Assembly: GCA_028023455.1 (NCBI GenBank)
Contig: JAQFVV010000005.1
Span: forward strand, 9,300,001-9,364,000
DNA from: Epiperipatus broadwayi
Lineage: Eukaryota; Animalia; Onychophora
DNA: 64,000 nt
Direction: 5' to 3'
Part shown: positions 36,001-49,549 of the stretch, piece after piece
Layout: each line of letters opens with the position of its first letter
Numbering within the stretch: the first letter of the stretch is position 1
Made by a program: the position numbers and the translations under genes
Notes under the pieces: model-generated
What the model was told of the DNA's origin: nothing
What the model saw: the letters and a program-made list of their open reading frames with translations, nothing else
Databases searched by the model: none

Positions 36001-39000
36001 CATTCATATTTATTTTTTCAGTATAAATGACTAAACTTCTTGTCTGGATATTCTTTTCTATCAACCGTAGGGAACTATACATAGGTAGGATGTCTCCAAA
36101 GAAGATGGAACATCAATAACTGCAACTGGATGACAAGGCTATTATACATATGCTTGTATAATATTGCAAATTAGCTAGTTACCTTCGTGATTGATTAGTA
36201 ATAATTTTTTATTATTTTTATTTGCTTTGTAAATAATTAATGCCTTGTTATGTATCTCTACCATGGGTAAGAGTTGGAATAGTAAACACATTTAATCATT
36301 GATACGGTAAAAATACATCCTTGATACACACAATTATATCTTTTTATCATGTTAAAAAGTTTTGAATTTTTGTTTTATTTAATAAACATTGTCAATTTGA
36401 TTTAAATAAAACTGGTTTCTAGTTTATCAAAATCATTTATACATTCATTCATCAACTTATAACTGGATATATACATATACACACATTTTATTCTTATATA
36501 ATACAGTAATGTTTGTATGGATATTTAAATCAATTGGAACCTGTATAGAGGTGCAATAGTTGCTATATAGTGTACATTCACCCCTGAAGAGAGCCAAAGG
36601 CAGATTTCTCCCTGAGTTTGAATAGTGAAACATAACAGAACCTGAGATGGTGAGGTAATGATAACTAGCCCAAATTGTATCTAAATTTAATGTGTAAACT
36701 TAAAGTTAACTCATTTGAGGTAGATACACTCATAATTGCATCATTCACAGCATCCTATCAGAAGAACCTAGGTCTGACCTTAGAGAGATGCATTCCCCTT
36801 CTATAACCTACAATAAGTTTACAACAATATATAATAATTTATAAAATTCATATATTTCATATTTTCATTTTTTATATATTTATCTTTATTTTAATATATA
36901 TATATATATTTATAGTTTCATATTATAAACTTTTTCACATTCTGATTTTTTTATATCTCTTGACTTTAAAAATTATCAATTAACTCTTTAAATATATATA
37001 TATTTTATTTACCATTATCTTAGATTTAATAATCTCTCTCCTATAATCCTTAGATATCAATTTCTTACCATTATTCTTACTCAAAATGTTTTTTATGCAT
37101 AGATGTTCTTCAATTAACCTTTCTTTACAGGCTTTAACATTTTAATGCATTTTTATTTCAGATTTTAAATGTCTACATTCTTTTATACACAAATATGTAT
37201 TAAAATGTATATTCTTTTGAAGTTGTTTAATCTAGTTTTTAATTTTTTTTTCTACATATGAAATATTTTTATTATTACTTTTATAATCTAAACAATTTAC
37301 AATATAATATTGTTCATATTATTCAATTCCCTTCTTTTTTTACATGCTTTTATTTAATTTCTTTTTTTTCTTTTTACTATGAAATTTTGTAACTCAATTT
37401 TTACCCACTTCAAATTTCCAAAAATAGTTGAAACTTTGCATATATATGTATTTCTGATGAATATACATTTTGTTATAGTTTATAAATAATTTTACTTAAA
37501 AAAATGAAATTTTTTAATTTTATATAGGATTTAATACTTTTTACAGTATAACCATCTAGCAATTTTACTATAGGAAAAAATTATAGTATTTAAATTAAAG
37601 AGGGAAAATCATTAAAAAAACTGCTATTCATTATATACATAGCAAATAAAATAATATCCGAGACTAAATCTCAGAGAAAAAAGGAAAATTGTAATTTTTT
37701 TTAAGCAAAGCCAACTTACATTATGGTTTCTCTGCTTAAACAATTACAAAGAATACTTTGCAAATAAAATAAAAAAGAATAATGTATATCTTACATTATT
37801 TGTAAAATTCTAAACTTTCTAGAGACTTATCATTAAAGAGTCAGGTAAAATAAAATGGAAAAGACACCATCTTAAGTTTATGAATTATGAAAGATTTTTG
37901 ATGTGTTAAATTAATTTTTATTAATTTACTTAAGTGAACAAAAACATTTATCATTTATATTTATTTATCAAATAGGTGCATTTAAAAGTTACTTTAGCTT
38001 TAAAAATTAGCTTTATATTGGTCAATAAATTTTTAATTTTGCTTTCTAGTTTTATAAAATTAAAAAGTAGGTAATAAAAAATATGCAAAAAACAAATTAG
38101 GAAATGCTTTTATTTACATAAATGTACCAAAAAATAAAAGTGTGTAATGTTCATTTTCACAAATAGTCTAAAAATTGAAAGCATGAGTTAAATAAATGCC
38201 TAAAAAAAAAAATATTTTATTTTTATTTTTTAGTACATTTATGTGAATAAAAAAGTTTTCTTTAAAAAAAATATATTTATATGTTCAACATTTATCAATT
38301 TATTTAAATCTATTTTCTTTTTACACACTACTTTAATTATAAAATAATTTTATACCTCTTATTTACATCTTTTATTATTTTATTTACTTTATAAGAAGTA
38401 CATTTGAATAGATTAAAATTATTATATCTATATTTTTACATTTTAAATTGTGTAAAAAAAATATAGAAATAATATATAATTATAATAAAAATAATACTTT
38501 ATTACTGTTAAATTCATTATTTTTATTATAATTACAATTTTGTTTTAATTAAAGGACATTTTATTTATATTAAAAAATAATATATATAATTTTTATAAAA
38601 TATAGAAATTTATAAGTTTTAATCTACCTAAAAGTAATTTTAGAAGATAAATAAAAGACATAAATAGGAGATATAAAAATAAATTTGTAATTAAATTAGT
38701 ATATAAAAAGAAAATGGATTTATATAAAATAAATGCTAAAAAAAGTGATAACAAAAATGTTTTATACATAGAGATAATAAAAAATAAATTAAAAACTTGA
38801 TTAAAGTAACACTTAAAGAAAAGAAGTCCCAGTGTATATTTGCATATGAAAGAATATAAGCATTTAAAAAGTGAAATAAAAATTTAAGAAAAAAAGTTTT
38901 GAATAGGAAGAATTTGATATATAAACAATTGTAGGAGAATAACTATAAGTAATTAAAGATAAAAGGAAATATGTAAATAATTAACATATTTTTAAAAATC

Positions 39001-39004
39001 CCAT

Positions 39005-39720
39005 GGTCAATGGATGCAAGAAAGTTTGTGCATAAAATTCTTATCTAGTATTCCCAGATTAGTTTCTAGTTTACATAAGTGAGGAGACTTGGATCTGAGA
39101 GCACTGCACCTAGATCTTGGAATCTAAGTAAACATCTATCAGCCACCTTTTACCTTTTTAGTTAACTATAAAGTTACAAGTCCAAAATGAAAATACAATG
39201 TTTTCAATTCAAGCTCAATTTGCTTGCATAGTTAACCATTGATTATTCTGGCTTGCACTAAATGGTACTACTTTATGGAGAGGTCTGTCGGTTTTAACAG
39301 CTTATGTAAGCATAGGGAATGATCATGTGGTTTTGTGATTTCTTGCCCAATGGGATGATGGTAAGTATGATTATTTAAGAATCAAAGACTCTAAAATTTA
39401 TAGATGCTGAAGTGGGTTTAGATCTATATGAATATACAAATGAATTAAGCTTGACTTAAAAACATTATTGTGTTTCATTTTGGACTCACAGCTTTATAGT
39501 TAAAATAAAAAAGGTAAAGGGTGGCTGCTAGATGGTTGCATTAGATCCTATGATCTAGGTGTAGTGCTCTCAGATCCAAGGATCCTCACTGATTAAAATT
39601 ATAAACTTGTCATAGGATATTGGATGAGTAGGCACTATGTAGGGTTTTTATGCCAAAGACTTGTATCTATTGATTATTCTGACTTCTAGTGGTATTACTG
39701 TATGGAGAGTTTTATCTCTG
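39005..39720. mobile_element. ~440-nt monomer family, locus B (same inverted plus tandem layout as locus A)
   Basis: 39005-39235 is an inverted copy. TTGATTATTCTG recurs at 39239 and 39670 (period 431). It shares GATCTAGGTG(C/T)AGTGCTCTCAGATCCAAG and GGATGAGTAGGCACTA with locus A. Confidence 0.8.
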
Positions 39721-41646
39721 TTTTAAATATTTTTAAAGGGTTAATTGATAATTTATAAAAACAAGGAATGCAGAAAAATTAAAATGTAAAAAAATAGCAA
39801 TAGGAAATATTAAAAAAATATCTACTGATGTGATGATAAGTATAAAAAAGTAAAAATATGAATCTCAAATAATTTTATTATGTTGTTGTTATTAACATAC
39901 ATTATTGTAAATATATTATATTTTTGTATGTTGCATATTATAAATATGTATATCTCCTATGAAAGATCCTTGAAAATGATTGTGGAAGATGAAAGAAAAG
40001 ATATTTATGTACAGTTTTATTTTTACTGCATAACTTTAAATAGCTTTAAAAGTCCATTTCTTTGAACATGGATGCAATGCTTTTTTTGTTTTCATAATCT
40101 TTTATTTCACTAATGGTTTTGACTGAATCACAGTTTTCATTAGAACTAAAAAATAATTTTTAATGCAAATATTAAAAATTATTATTAATAATCTTATATA
40201 ATTACTTTATTTGGAAAATATTATTATAAAATATAAATAAATTTAATTATTTAAAAAATTACATAAAAAACTTAATAAACATAAACATACATGCACATAT
40301 GTATATACAGAAATAATTTTATGAAACTAATAAATCAAAATCAAATTACTGTCACATTTACAGTTGCCTACTCATTTTAATATATAAGAGAAATACATAT
40401 ATAACTATACACAAAGCAGGTATATATTGAAAAGTAAATGCATAAATATATAGTCTTCATTTATTTAAACATACACAATTCTTTGTTAATGATTAAAAAT
40501 AATTCCTAAGAGTAATAAGATTTCGAGAAGAGCTGGGATTTTAGTTACAGTTTCAATTTCTTTTAATGGAACAATTGACTTATGCCTCTTAGGCAATTAG
40601 GATAGATTAGTTTACATATAATTTCTTCATTAGTGTTATTGTGCAAAAATACTTCCATATAATCAGGAATTACATGCTATTTTTGCAACATCTACTGCAT
40701 ATGATTCAATTAGTATCTCATTGCCTCATAATAGTAAACTGAAGCCTACTAAATGTAGATTTTTGTATTTAAATTATTTTTAATCATTATGTATTCATCT
40801 ACTGTCAAAATTAAGTTCCTGCAGATAAATCAGGATAACATTTTCTAAGAATACTTTTCATGGCTATGATTTCCAAAATCCAAAACTATTGCTTTCTTAA
40901 GATTATCTTATAACCTTTTTACCTCTCATACTCCATGTTTTTTCAATATATTACTTATAATTTTTCCATCTCTAAATAGATGTCCAACCCAATTTTTCTT
41001 TGTATATTTTTCCAGTAATAATATTTTATCTTCCACCTTTTTTAATACCTTTGTTTCTAACTTGTATTTCCAATTTAATTTTCTTTAAAATTCACATCTC
41101 TAAAACCTCTAATATTTTCTCCTTAATTTTTCTAATGCTTAAAACAATACTCAAATATTTTACCTATCTTTGCTTTTTAGATCTAATCACAAAAGACTAC
41201 AAAATAACATACAATCCTTACTAAAAACTTATTTATTAATGTTGCAATGATCATTCTTGTCATTACTTTCAAAATGAGTTAATTAGCATTTTATATATTT
41301 AAAAGTAATAATTTGTCCTAAAATTTCCCACCTATCATTATTCAACTTATATTCTGATATCTGTTTTATTGCTTTACTTACTTCTATGCTTATAACAAAT
41401 TCTATCTACTACACATAGCATTCTCATTTTATCTTTGCTACCAATATATTATCAGTCACATAATGTTTTGAAACCAAGATGCCTAAGAAATGCTTGAAAT
41501 GACTTTCACGCAAAAAATAAGCCTTCTACTTTGATAAAATAAGAAAAACAAATCATGTTTATAAAATAATATGGTTTTTGATCATATATGATATGACTAT
41601 GTTGGACTTACTTTAAATAGCAGATCTCTTTACCCTACTTTAGAAC

Positions 41647-41790
41647 CATCTAATGTCAGAGTAATCAATGAACACTAGATGGCAGTGATAATCCATTGAT
41701 ATTACTATTTTCTGACTTTGCTTTTGTTTGAGCTTGCAAATATAATAGCACTATTACTGAATGTTCATTGATTACTCAAGTTTATAGATG
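41647..41790. repeat. Small foldback built from pieces of the ~440-nt family
   Basis: Perfect 16-bp inverted repeat GAGTAATCAATGAACA / TGTTCATTGATTACTC, with internal CACTAGATGG and ATCCATTGAT family motifs. Confidence 0.55.
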
Positions 41791-42603
41791 ACTTTGAATA
41801 GGGTGAAGAGAGCTGTACTATAAAGCTTATGTTAAGAATCAGTTGAGAAAGTCATGATAATTTTGTTGATTTAATCGAAGTGTTTACTATATGGGAATAT
41901 ATTAAATTTGGAAATCAAATAAAATTTTACTCAAAGTTAATAATAAGTAACTATTAGTTCAAATATCAAAAAATTTAGGGTTGCATTGTCAGAAAATTAA
42001 ATTCATTGTTGCTTTTTTGTCATCATTTGGAAGATTGCAGTTCATTGTGTGAAACATTTTCTATTCAAAATAATACATGTTACCTGAGTAAAATTGATTA
42101 CCTAACAATAGGTTGAAATAACTAGACAATATATATGATGATTAAATAATATGTAACCACTATCAGAGGTAGTTTATATTGCTTGAGAAATTCTTAATGT
42201 AATTTAGTCTAGCTTCTTACTATTGAGAATTATGTATTACTATACATAATTAAAAAAAAACACCTAATTTTATTTAATTTTTTAGAACTTTACACATAAA
42301 ATTGATGTCTTTATTTGAAGGTAACTATTGCTAAGCAGTAAATTAATATATATATACTGTGTATCTATTTAATAATAAACGTGTTTTAAAAAAGAGGAAA
42401 ATATCATGCTTCGCTAAAAATTTTAATAATAGATACTTTGATCATTAACTGAGTTTTAAAATACACATCTAGATTAATATTAAGAGTTTAAAATAAGATA
42501 TATTAATCTTTAACTATTAAATAATTAAATGTGTGGTTTATATATGTAATTATCAGATATTTTACGGTAATATCTCCACACTAAACTCTAATATATTTAT
42601 TTC

Positions 42604-42653
42604 TATACTTAGCACTTTCAAAGGAACAATGCCTTCATTTTCAAAGCTGTAGA
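42604..42653 (-). ncRNA. Degenerate minimal hammerhead in the inverted pLTR
   Basis: The minus strand reads CTACAGCT-TTGAAAA-T-GAAGG cattgtt CCTTT-GAAA-GTGC-TA-AGTATAG. Confidence 0.5.
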
Positions 42654-43054
42654 TAGCTCTAATACCGATGTTCATTTATTTATTTATTTAATTCAACAGA
42701 TGCAAAATTATTCAATTCAGGTCTGCCATTTCTTTGAGATTGTCCACACAAGGTTGCTACAACATAAATACACGTACAATAAGGCGCTCGCAGATCCTTC
42801 CCACTTTTCCATCTTTGCACAGAACAAAGCCACTACGGGCCACCCATGTATACCGGACAATCCACGCATGATGTGCAATGAGCAGCATGAGATGAGAAGG
42901 AAAATTAAGGAGGCCTAATTCATTAATTTAGACGCGGACTCGTTAAATAAAAGAGACACTCTTTTACGCATTCTCAAAGAAATGGCAGACCTGATTTGAA
43001 TAATTTTGCATCTGTTGAATTAAATAAATAAATGAACATCGGTATTAGAGCTAT

Positions 43055-43104
43055 CTACAGCTTTGAAAATAAAGGCATCGTTCCTTCGAAAGCGCTAAGT
43101 ATAG
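43055..43104 (+). ncRNA. Degenerate minimal hammerhead in the 3' pLTR
   Basis: CTACAGCT-TTGAAAA-T-AAAGG catcgtt CCTTC-GAAA-GCGC-TA-AGTATAG, with palindromic AGCGCT helix III. The core deviates at C3 and G8. Confidence 0.55.
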
Positions 43105-44121
43105 AAATAAATATATTAGAGTTTAGTGAGGAGATATTACCGTAAAATATCTGATCATTAATCTTTAACTGAGTTCAAAGTCTACATCTGAGCTAATACT
43201 AATATAAGAATTTTTAATCTAATAATTTATTAATACCATTCTGTATATTTGTCCAAAAGATAGCAAATCACAAATGAAGTTGTAAAAATAAGAATGATGA
43301 TAACGATCATGTCAGAAGATTTTATTGTCTGACATAATTGACAAAGCTAGTCCAACATAAATGCATGTTAGGAATAATCTGACTTTTTTTTTTATGTTTT
43401 TAGTTATTTTTTTGATGGAGGGAAATATTGACTAGTAAATTTATATATATATGAGAACATAAAACTTCTAAGGTGCACACTATTTTTTATAAATTTCTAA
43501 CAGTAATTTAAAATTAAGAAAGATGACATCATTCCTTTATGATTTTAAAAAATCTCTTACAGATATTTAAAAAAAAAATTATAAAAAAAAATTGTATTAG
43601 TACAGGCATTTTATTTATATACTATCCATTATTCTAGCAATTACTATGACATATTTACTAAAGTTATATGTCTTCAATTTCTGGTGATAACTAATGTCTT
43701 AATGTAATTGATATGAAATTAATTGTTTTTTGTTTATATATACAAGCACAACCTCTGATTTTATTGATTGGTCTCCTTTGAGATTGATATGTAAATGTCC
43801 TTCTTTTTGTAAATGATTCTTATGGTTTGTGAATAAAATTTCCTTTTGAAAGATATTTACTAAACAAACATTTTTATAAGTGTATGCAATAATGAGATTT
43901 AAAAAATAAGAGCTTTTGGCAGTGAAAGTAAGAAAGTTTTATTAAATTTTAAAATATGATTTAAAAAATGTTAAAAAAAAAGCAGTACAACATACATATC
44001 ACGGTCAAATGATTAAATTAATTATAGTAACTTAACAATTACTATATTGAGAATCACATATCTTATCTAATTATGGGTTTCAAAACAAATGAGTTAATCA
44101 TTGAGCAGTAAATAAAAGGCT

Positions 44122-44255
44122 ATAAACAATCTGTGACAATCTTTGTTTAAAATCCTGTAGAGATTATAAACAATCTGTGAACAACATTGTTTGAAGTCTT
44201 GTAAAATTTATGAACAACCTGCAAACAAACCCTTTTTGACATCTTATAAAAGTTT
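44122..44255. repeat. 44-bp minisatellite, 3 diverged copies
   Basis: ATAAACAATCTGTGA at 44122 and 44166, and ATGAACAACCTGCA at 44210. Confidence 0.7.
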
Positions 44256-44847
44256 TGTGCAAAGTTGCACAAATTGTATTAACTCTTAGACATAAAAAAA
44301 TAGTAGTAAAAATAAAGCTTTAATTAAAGATATAAACTGATCATATATAAGTGGTTATACTATCATGTTCAAAATGCAGAGTATGTCATATAAATTACTT
44401 TAAAGTTTAAATTTTATTTTTTTAACAGTAATTATTTTCAAAATATTTTTAATTTTACATCATGTCATCAAATATACCATAAGTACAACTCTTTCATAAA
44501 TAATCATTTTATTAAAATATTATTAATAACAGTAAAATCACATCAATTACTTTTGACTGTTTACATTTACCATAAGTTTAATATGTTTATGAAGTAAAAA
44601 AAAGGTAAACAGACAGCAATAAGAAGAATGGAAATAAAATTAAAAAAATGCACATATACATTTTAAAATTAATTATACTAAATGTTAAATAATGTGAATT
44701 AAAATAGCAGGTAATATATTGCAAATATTAACTAATATAAAATTGGAATGCATACAATATTTTAATGGAAACATAATTAGTTTATGATAAAACTATTTTA
44801 TATACGTTATATACACTGCTTTAATTAGATAAATGGTAAAGAGCTAT

Positions 44848-45038
44848 CATCAGCAGCAGCATCATCAACCATTATCAATCCACTGTAAGATGGTCTTTTC
44901 AAGTTCAAACCATCTTCTTTGATGTTTAGCTTCTCTTCTCCACATCACTCCTGCACACTTTCTTATTTCATCCATCCATCTCACATGTGGTCTCTTTCTG
45001 GGTCTTTTACAATCTCTTGGAATACAGTTTAAGATTTC
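44848..45038 (-). mobile_element. RTE-clade LINE 3' fragment with (GAT)n-type tail
   Basis: Nearly identical to part of 49171-49310; encodes LNCIPRDCKRPRKRPHVRWMDEIRK on the minus strand. Confidence 0.85.
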
Positions 45039-46601
45039 AATTTATTTAATTTATAATTCACATACTTTTATTTATATAGTATATCCATATCATAAAATAA
45101 GCTTGGTAATTATTTATTTCTTTTTTTTTTTTAAAAAAAAAGTGATTGAATTATTGAAATAAAGCAATCAAAAAAGTAACCAAAATGTCAGACTGCAGTA
45201 TATGTAATAATATATTAGTAAACAAAAATTTTGTACCCGTTTTTTTTTTTTTTTATAAGAAAATACTAACACTTAGATCATCAACAGTAAATTGCCATTC
45301 AAAATAAATTATATGGAATAAAAAAGGGTTAATTAAATAAGAATCATAAAAAATAATTGTATATTAAAATAAAATTATAATGATAATTTCATTAGAAAGA
45401 CATGCATTGTTAAAAATAGTACTACCAATCTAATGCTTTCAAATGTTAGCATTTCAATTGATACTATTTTAATTTATTCATATCTTAACAAATAATAGAA
45501 CTATTTTTTGTTTACTTTTTCCCCAAATAGTTTTCTTTTTATTATACGTGTGAAATACTGATGTGACTAAGGTGTCTGCCTGCCACATTCATAATCTGAA
45601 ATTTAAATATTTGACTAAAACTGCTATTAACCTTTATCATCAACCAATTGATAAGCCTGGTGAACAGTATCTTATTTATCATTGTTCTTCTTTGGGGAAA
45701 TGCTTGGAAACACCTTAATCCTGAAGTGGATTATTTAAATGCTCTTTTATCTATATTTACATACAGATTGCTTAATGATGATTTTCATGATTAAAAGATG
45801 AATTTGAAATAACTTTGAAGAATTTTATCTGGAACCCCTTAATAGGAAGAATTGTTATTTCAGTGAATTTTTTTTTTTGTTGCAAACAATTATGAATTCT
45901 CACCATAGATACTTAATTACTGAGCAATTAGAATCTTGTATAAAATGTTAGATTAAAGAATATACTTTTGATATAAAAATTGAATTAAGTAAAATAAAAA
46001 CAAGAATATCAATAACTGGATAAGAGAAATGTTTTGTATGTTATACATGTTAATTAATATATGAAATTGATCAAAATACTGCTAAACAATGCAGGAAAAT
46101 AATGTAAAGATTGTACAAATCACAATTTTATATCAGTATGCTATTTCATATTCATAGATTTAATAATAAAATAAATATAGTTTGTTTTTAAAGTGTTGGT
46201 TTATTTTTTTCTACAAAAAGTTATTGTATTTATATAACTGTGTATCATATATATAAGATAGAGTGGATAGCTGAAGAGAGTTTGAAATTCTGTGTTCAAA
46301 TGCTTGTATTACATCTAAACTCCAAGTATATAAATTATACTTGTATTTAAAAATATTAAACATGGTGGTCTTAACTGTAGCCAAAAAATTAAATTTCAAA
46401 AGATTACTTGAGAAATTAAATGGTAGCATGACATAAAACATAAATGCAAAATATCTTATATTATTAACTTTAAAGTAATATTAAAGTTTATATTATACAA
46501 AATTAAAAGTAGTTAATAAAAGCATTAAGACAGTGTAACAGTCATATTTGTACATTCATGCAACAAAATCTAGAGTTTTGGCAAATTATATCAAGGCTGA
46601 T

Positions 46602-46673
46602 CTAGATGAGGGGTTGAGACATCAAATTCGATCGCACTTCAGCTCCTTTACCAATGTTCCATGACTTACTACC
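46602..46673 (-). other. Candidate terminal exon of an unidentified minus-strand gene
   Basis: A CATAG acceptor is followed by GSKSWNIGKGAEVRSNLMSQPLI* (phase 0) or WVVSHGTLVKELKCDRI* (phase 2), in a CpG-retaining segment. No homology recognised. Confidence 0.3.
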
Positions 46674-48342
46674 CTATGAATGACACATATAAAGTCACAC
46701 GAGTTTCTTAATTCACGTGCTGGCAGTAGCAAAGGATGGAGCAAGAGACTCTGGGAATAATAACTAATTTACTGATAGCTTAGTAAACATACGCACATAT
46801 GGCTGGCTAGATAATGCATATATTAATAAATTTGGAAAGTGAATCAATATGAACAGAGTGAATTAGACAACAGACATCAATATGTTTACTATCATTTAAT
46901 CATAGCAAAATAACACTAATAATGACAATCAAGTGCTCTGGATACTCCAGTCGCAGGTGATATGATGAATAAGTGAACTACAAATTTTCCAGTTGACTGC
47001 ACTTAATCATTTAATTCCAACATTATTACAAATTAATAATTTTATATACGTCCATAATGACGCCTTAATTATGCTCTGCCATTCCTAACAGGTTTGCCAA
47101 GAGTTAAATTTTACAAGAATAACCGATAATTAAACTTATTTATTCATATTATGTAATGAATAATAAATGTGTTCTTTATGCAGACTGCATTATATAAACT
47201 AGATCTGAGGTTCAGATCAATGTTGAACAAATAATATTGTGGAGGACAAACTGGTGATTTGTAGCATAACTTCCGAGACTCTAGTGCTATATAAAATAAA
47301 TAAGAGATGCGGCCTGAATGTGTAGTTACTCATGAGATTCAGTACCAGGTATTTAGTTCCCGTGGATGGTCCAACTTACTATCTTAACGTAAGTGAACAT
47401 TTACTTCGGATAATCGGAGCAGCTTATAAAACAATCTGGATTCTCGTGTTCCAGTTCTAAAATAAGATAATGGGTGGTCCTTAAAACCAAAGCCCATTTT
47501 AATAAAAATATATAGCAAGGCATATACTGCATCTGTGTGCTTTATAAAGGCACATTCATAATACTTTTTAGAATATCAAACATTAAAATTAATCAAGCGC
47601 AAAATCTATAGTTTCATTCTGCGAAACTACTATACACTAGTTCATAAATTAGCATGCTTAAACCATGCTAAAAGGGATTACTTAAAATGATCTAGTTCAT
47701 GAATTAACCTACATAGCCTATGATAATAAACTAAGGAGGGCTAAAGCATATTTGGGACTTAAAATTAACTAATTACTTATAATATGCTTTAAAATAACAT
47801 TCCCTCACACTTAACTAAATAGACATTTAATAAGCAAACCGGAATTAAACCTTAAGCCAAAATATAGTAGCTTAATTAATATATATATGAGTAGGTTTTC
47901 AGACCGGAGATTTAGACATGTGCCAAAAATCAGCATAAATTAATTTCCTGAGAACACACAAGTATCTCTCTACTGTTATATTTAGAAATCTCCGCTCTGA
48001 AGGCATAGCACAAATTAATAATCACATTGCAATAAAATATATATATAGGCATAAGCATAGACAAGAATAGATAGAATATTAACTGGAGACAGTCATTATC
48101 TTTTCACAAGTTTAATTTAAAAGATTTACGAGAACTTTAGATCAGGAAAGATTTTACAAATTAGCTTATTAAAGTTATTTTAAATTTTATACAATTAGTA
48201 GTATGTTTATTTAACATAATTTAATTATTATGAGAAATTTAAGTTTAAAGTTTGTGCACATTTACTATATAATACAGCTAGCTTTAGGAATGATTAAAAT
48301 TGCTTTAAAATTTAGTTTAGAGCTTATTTGAGAATGGGTTAC

Positions 48343-48532
48343 CAGTCTTCCGACTGCGATGGCTTGCATGACGTGGCACGATCGTTCCCCTCACGGGCGG
48401 ATTCATCTGCTATCCTTTCTGGTAGGTTGTTGATCTGGGTCTTCAATTTCCATAAATTGGTCTGCCGCACGAGGAAGGTGGCAATGATTGTTCTCTAGCC
48501 CCTGGCTTTCATTGTAAAACTGGGCATAATGT
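48343..48532 (-). other. Candidate 190-nt exon of an unidentified minus-strand gene
   Basis: A pyrimidine-rich tract ends in TATTCAG (48533-48590), with a G/GTAACC donor and GC/CpG content far above the flanks. One frame reads HYAQFYNESQGLENNHCHLPRAADQFMEIEDPDQQPTRKDSR*. Confidence 0.45.
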
Positions 48533-49170
48533 CTGAATACAAGTATAAATTATCACAAAAGAGAGTGAGAGAGCAAACAAAAATTGACCTCTTTTCACTT
48601 AAAAATGGGGTATTATAATAACTCTCGCCCACCTATCACAAGCCATTAAGATATTTACAATATTTAGTTTTAAATTGCTAAATTTTTATGGCGCACATTA
48701 ATTTTAGCAAAGACAAAGGATCCAGCTGTAGTTGTTGATAAGCAGGACCAAGTTAATGACTTTGTCTTTGTTTTTTATTCTTAAAACATCTTTAAAATTT
48801 TGGTTCTCAGTTTACCATTTAATGAGAAGTAATTCTGAGGAATCTATAACCTTTGATTCTTTTTTTTTAAAAAGAGATTTAAGTTGTCAACATTCTAGCA
48901 AATACATAAGATAGACACCCCTGAATTTAAGATTTATATGTGAAAACCAACAAATGTATAAATTAAATAACTTAAAAGATAATTTGGAAATAATTTGTTT
49001 ACTAAATCGATCGCATTACAGTTACCTTCGCATATATACATAGGTGTGCTCCCACATATACAATGATGTTCACAACTTATTTTAAATTTATTAAATTTTA
49101 AAAAATTATAACTGCGTGTATACTATACTCATACAAACATTAATATATTAGATATGCACACATATCCGTA

Positions 49171-49549
49171 CATCATCATCATCAACCATTAACAATCCAC
49201 TGCTTCTCCACATCACCCCTGCACTCTTTCTTATTTCATCCATCCATCTCACATGTGGTCTCTTTCTGGGTCTTTTACAATCCCTTGGAATCCAGTTTAA
49301 GATTTCAGATGTCCATCTATATCATCTCTTCTAGTAATATGTCCAGCCCAACTCCACTGCAGTCTTAATTTTTTCAATGTCAGTAACACCTGTTTGTTCT
49401 CTTACCCATATATTGCATTTTCGATCTCTTCTTGTTACTCCCAACATGCATCTCTCCATACTTCTTTGAGTGGTCTGAAGTCTCTGTATTGCTCTTCTAC
49501 TAAGTGTCCAAGTCTCAGATCCATAAATAAGAACTGGTAAAACACATAC
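49171..49549 (-). mobile_element. RTE-clade LINE 3' fragment
   Basis: VLPVLIYGSETWTLSRRAIQRLQTTQRSMERCMLGVTRRDRKCNIWVREQTGV...RWTSEILNWIPRDCKRPRKRPHVRWMDEI, followed by a (GAT)4 tail. Confidence 0.92.

Larger units (their letters stand above)
42552..43155 (+). mobile_element. 5'-truncated Penelope-like element with inverted pseudo-LTRs
   Basis: Inverted arms at 42552-42739 and 42972-43155. The central frame HTRLLQHKYTYNKA...FSIFAQNKATTGHPCIPDNPRMMCNEQHEMRRKIKEA is a GIY-YIG C-terminus homologous to 10781-11052. There is a hammerhead relic in each arm. Confidence 0.88.

Noticed and set aside
35400-36150. Exon-like segments with a GTAAG donor (35682) and TTTCAG acceptor (36020)
   Set aside because: Stops occur in all frames across the putative junction, and no protein family was recognised.
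36586-36660. CTGAAGA-GAGCCAAAGGC hammerhead-like start
   Set aside because: No GAAA follows helix II and there is no helix III or UH.
45560-45800. Frameshifted coding-like stretch (HIHNLKFKYL...WKHLNPEV)
   Set aside because: Probably a TE relic, but it could not be assigned.
47300-47370. tRNA/SINE-like segment
   Set aside because: A and B boxes are too degenerate and no cloverleaf can be formed.
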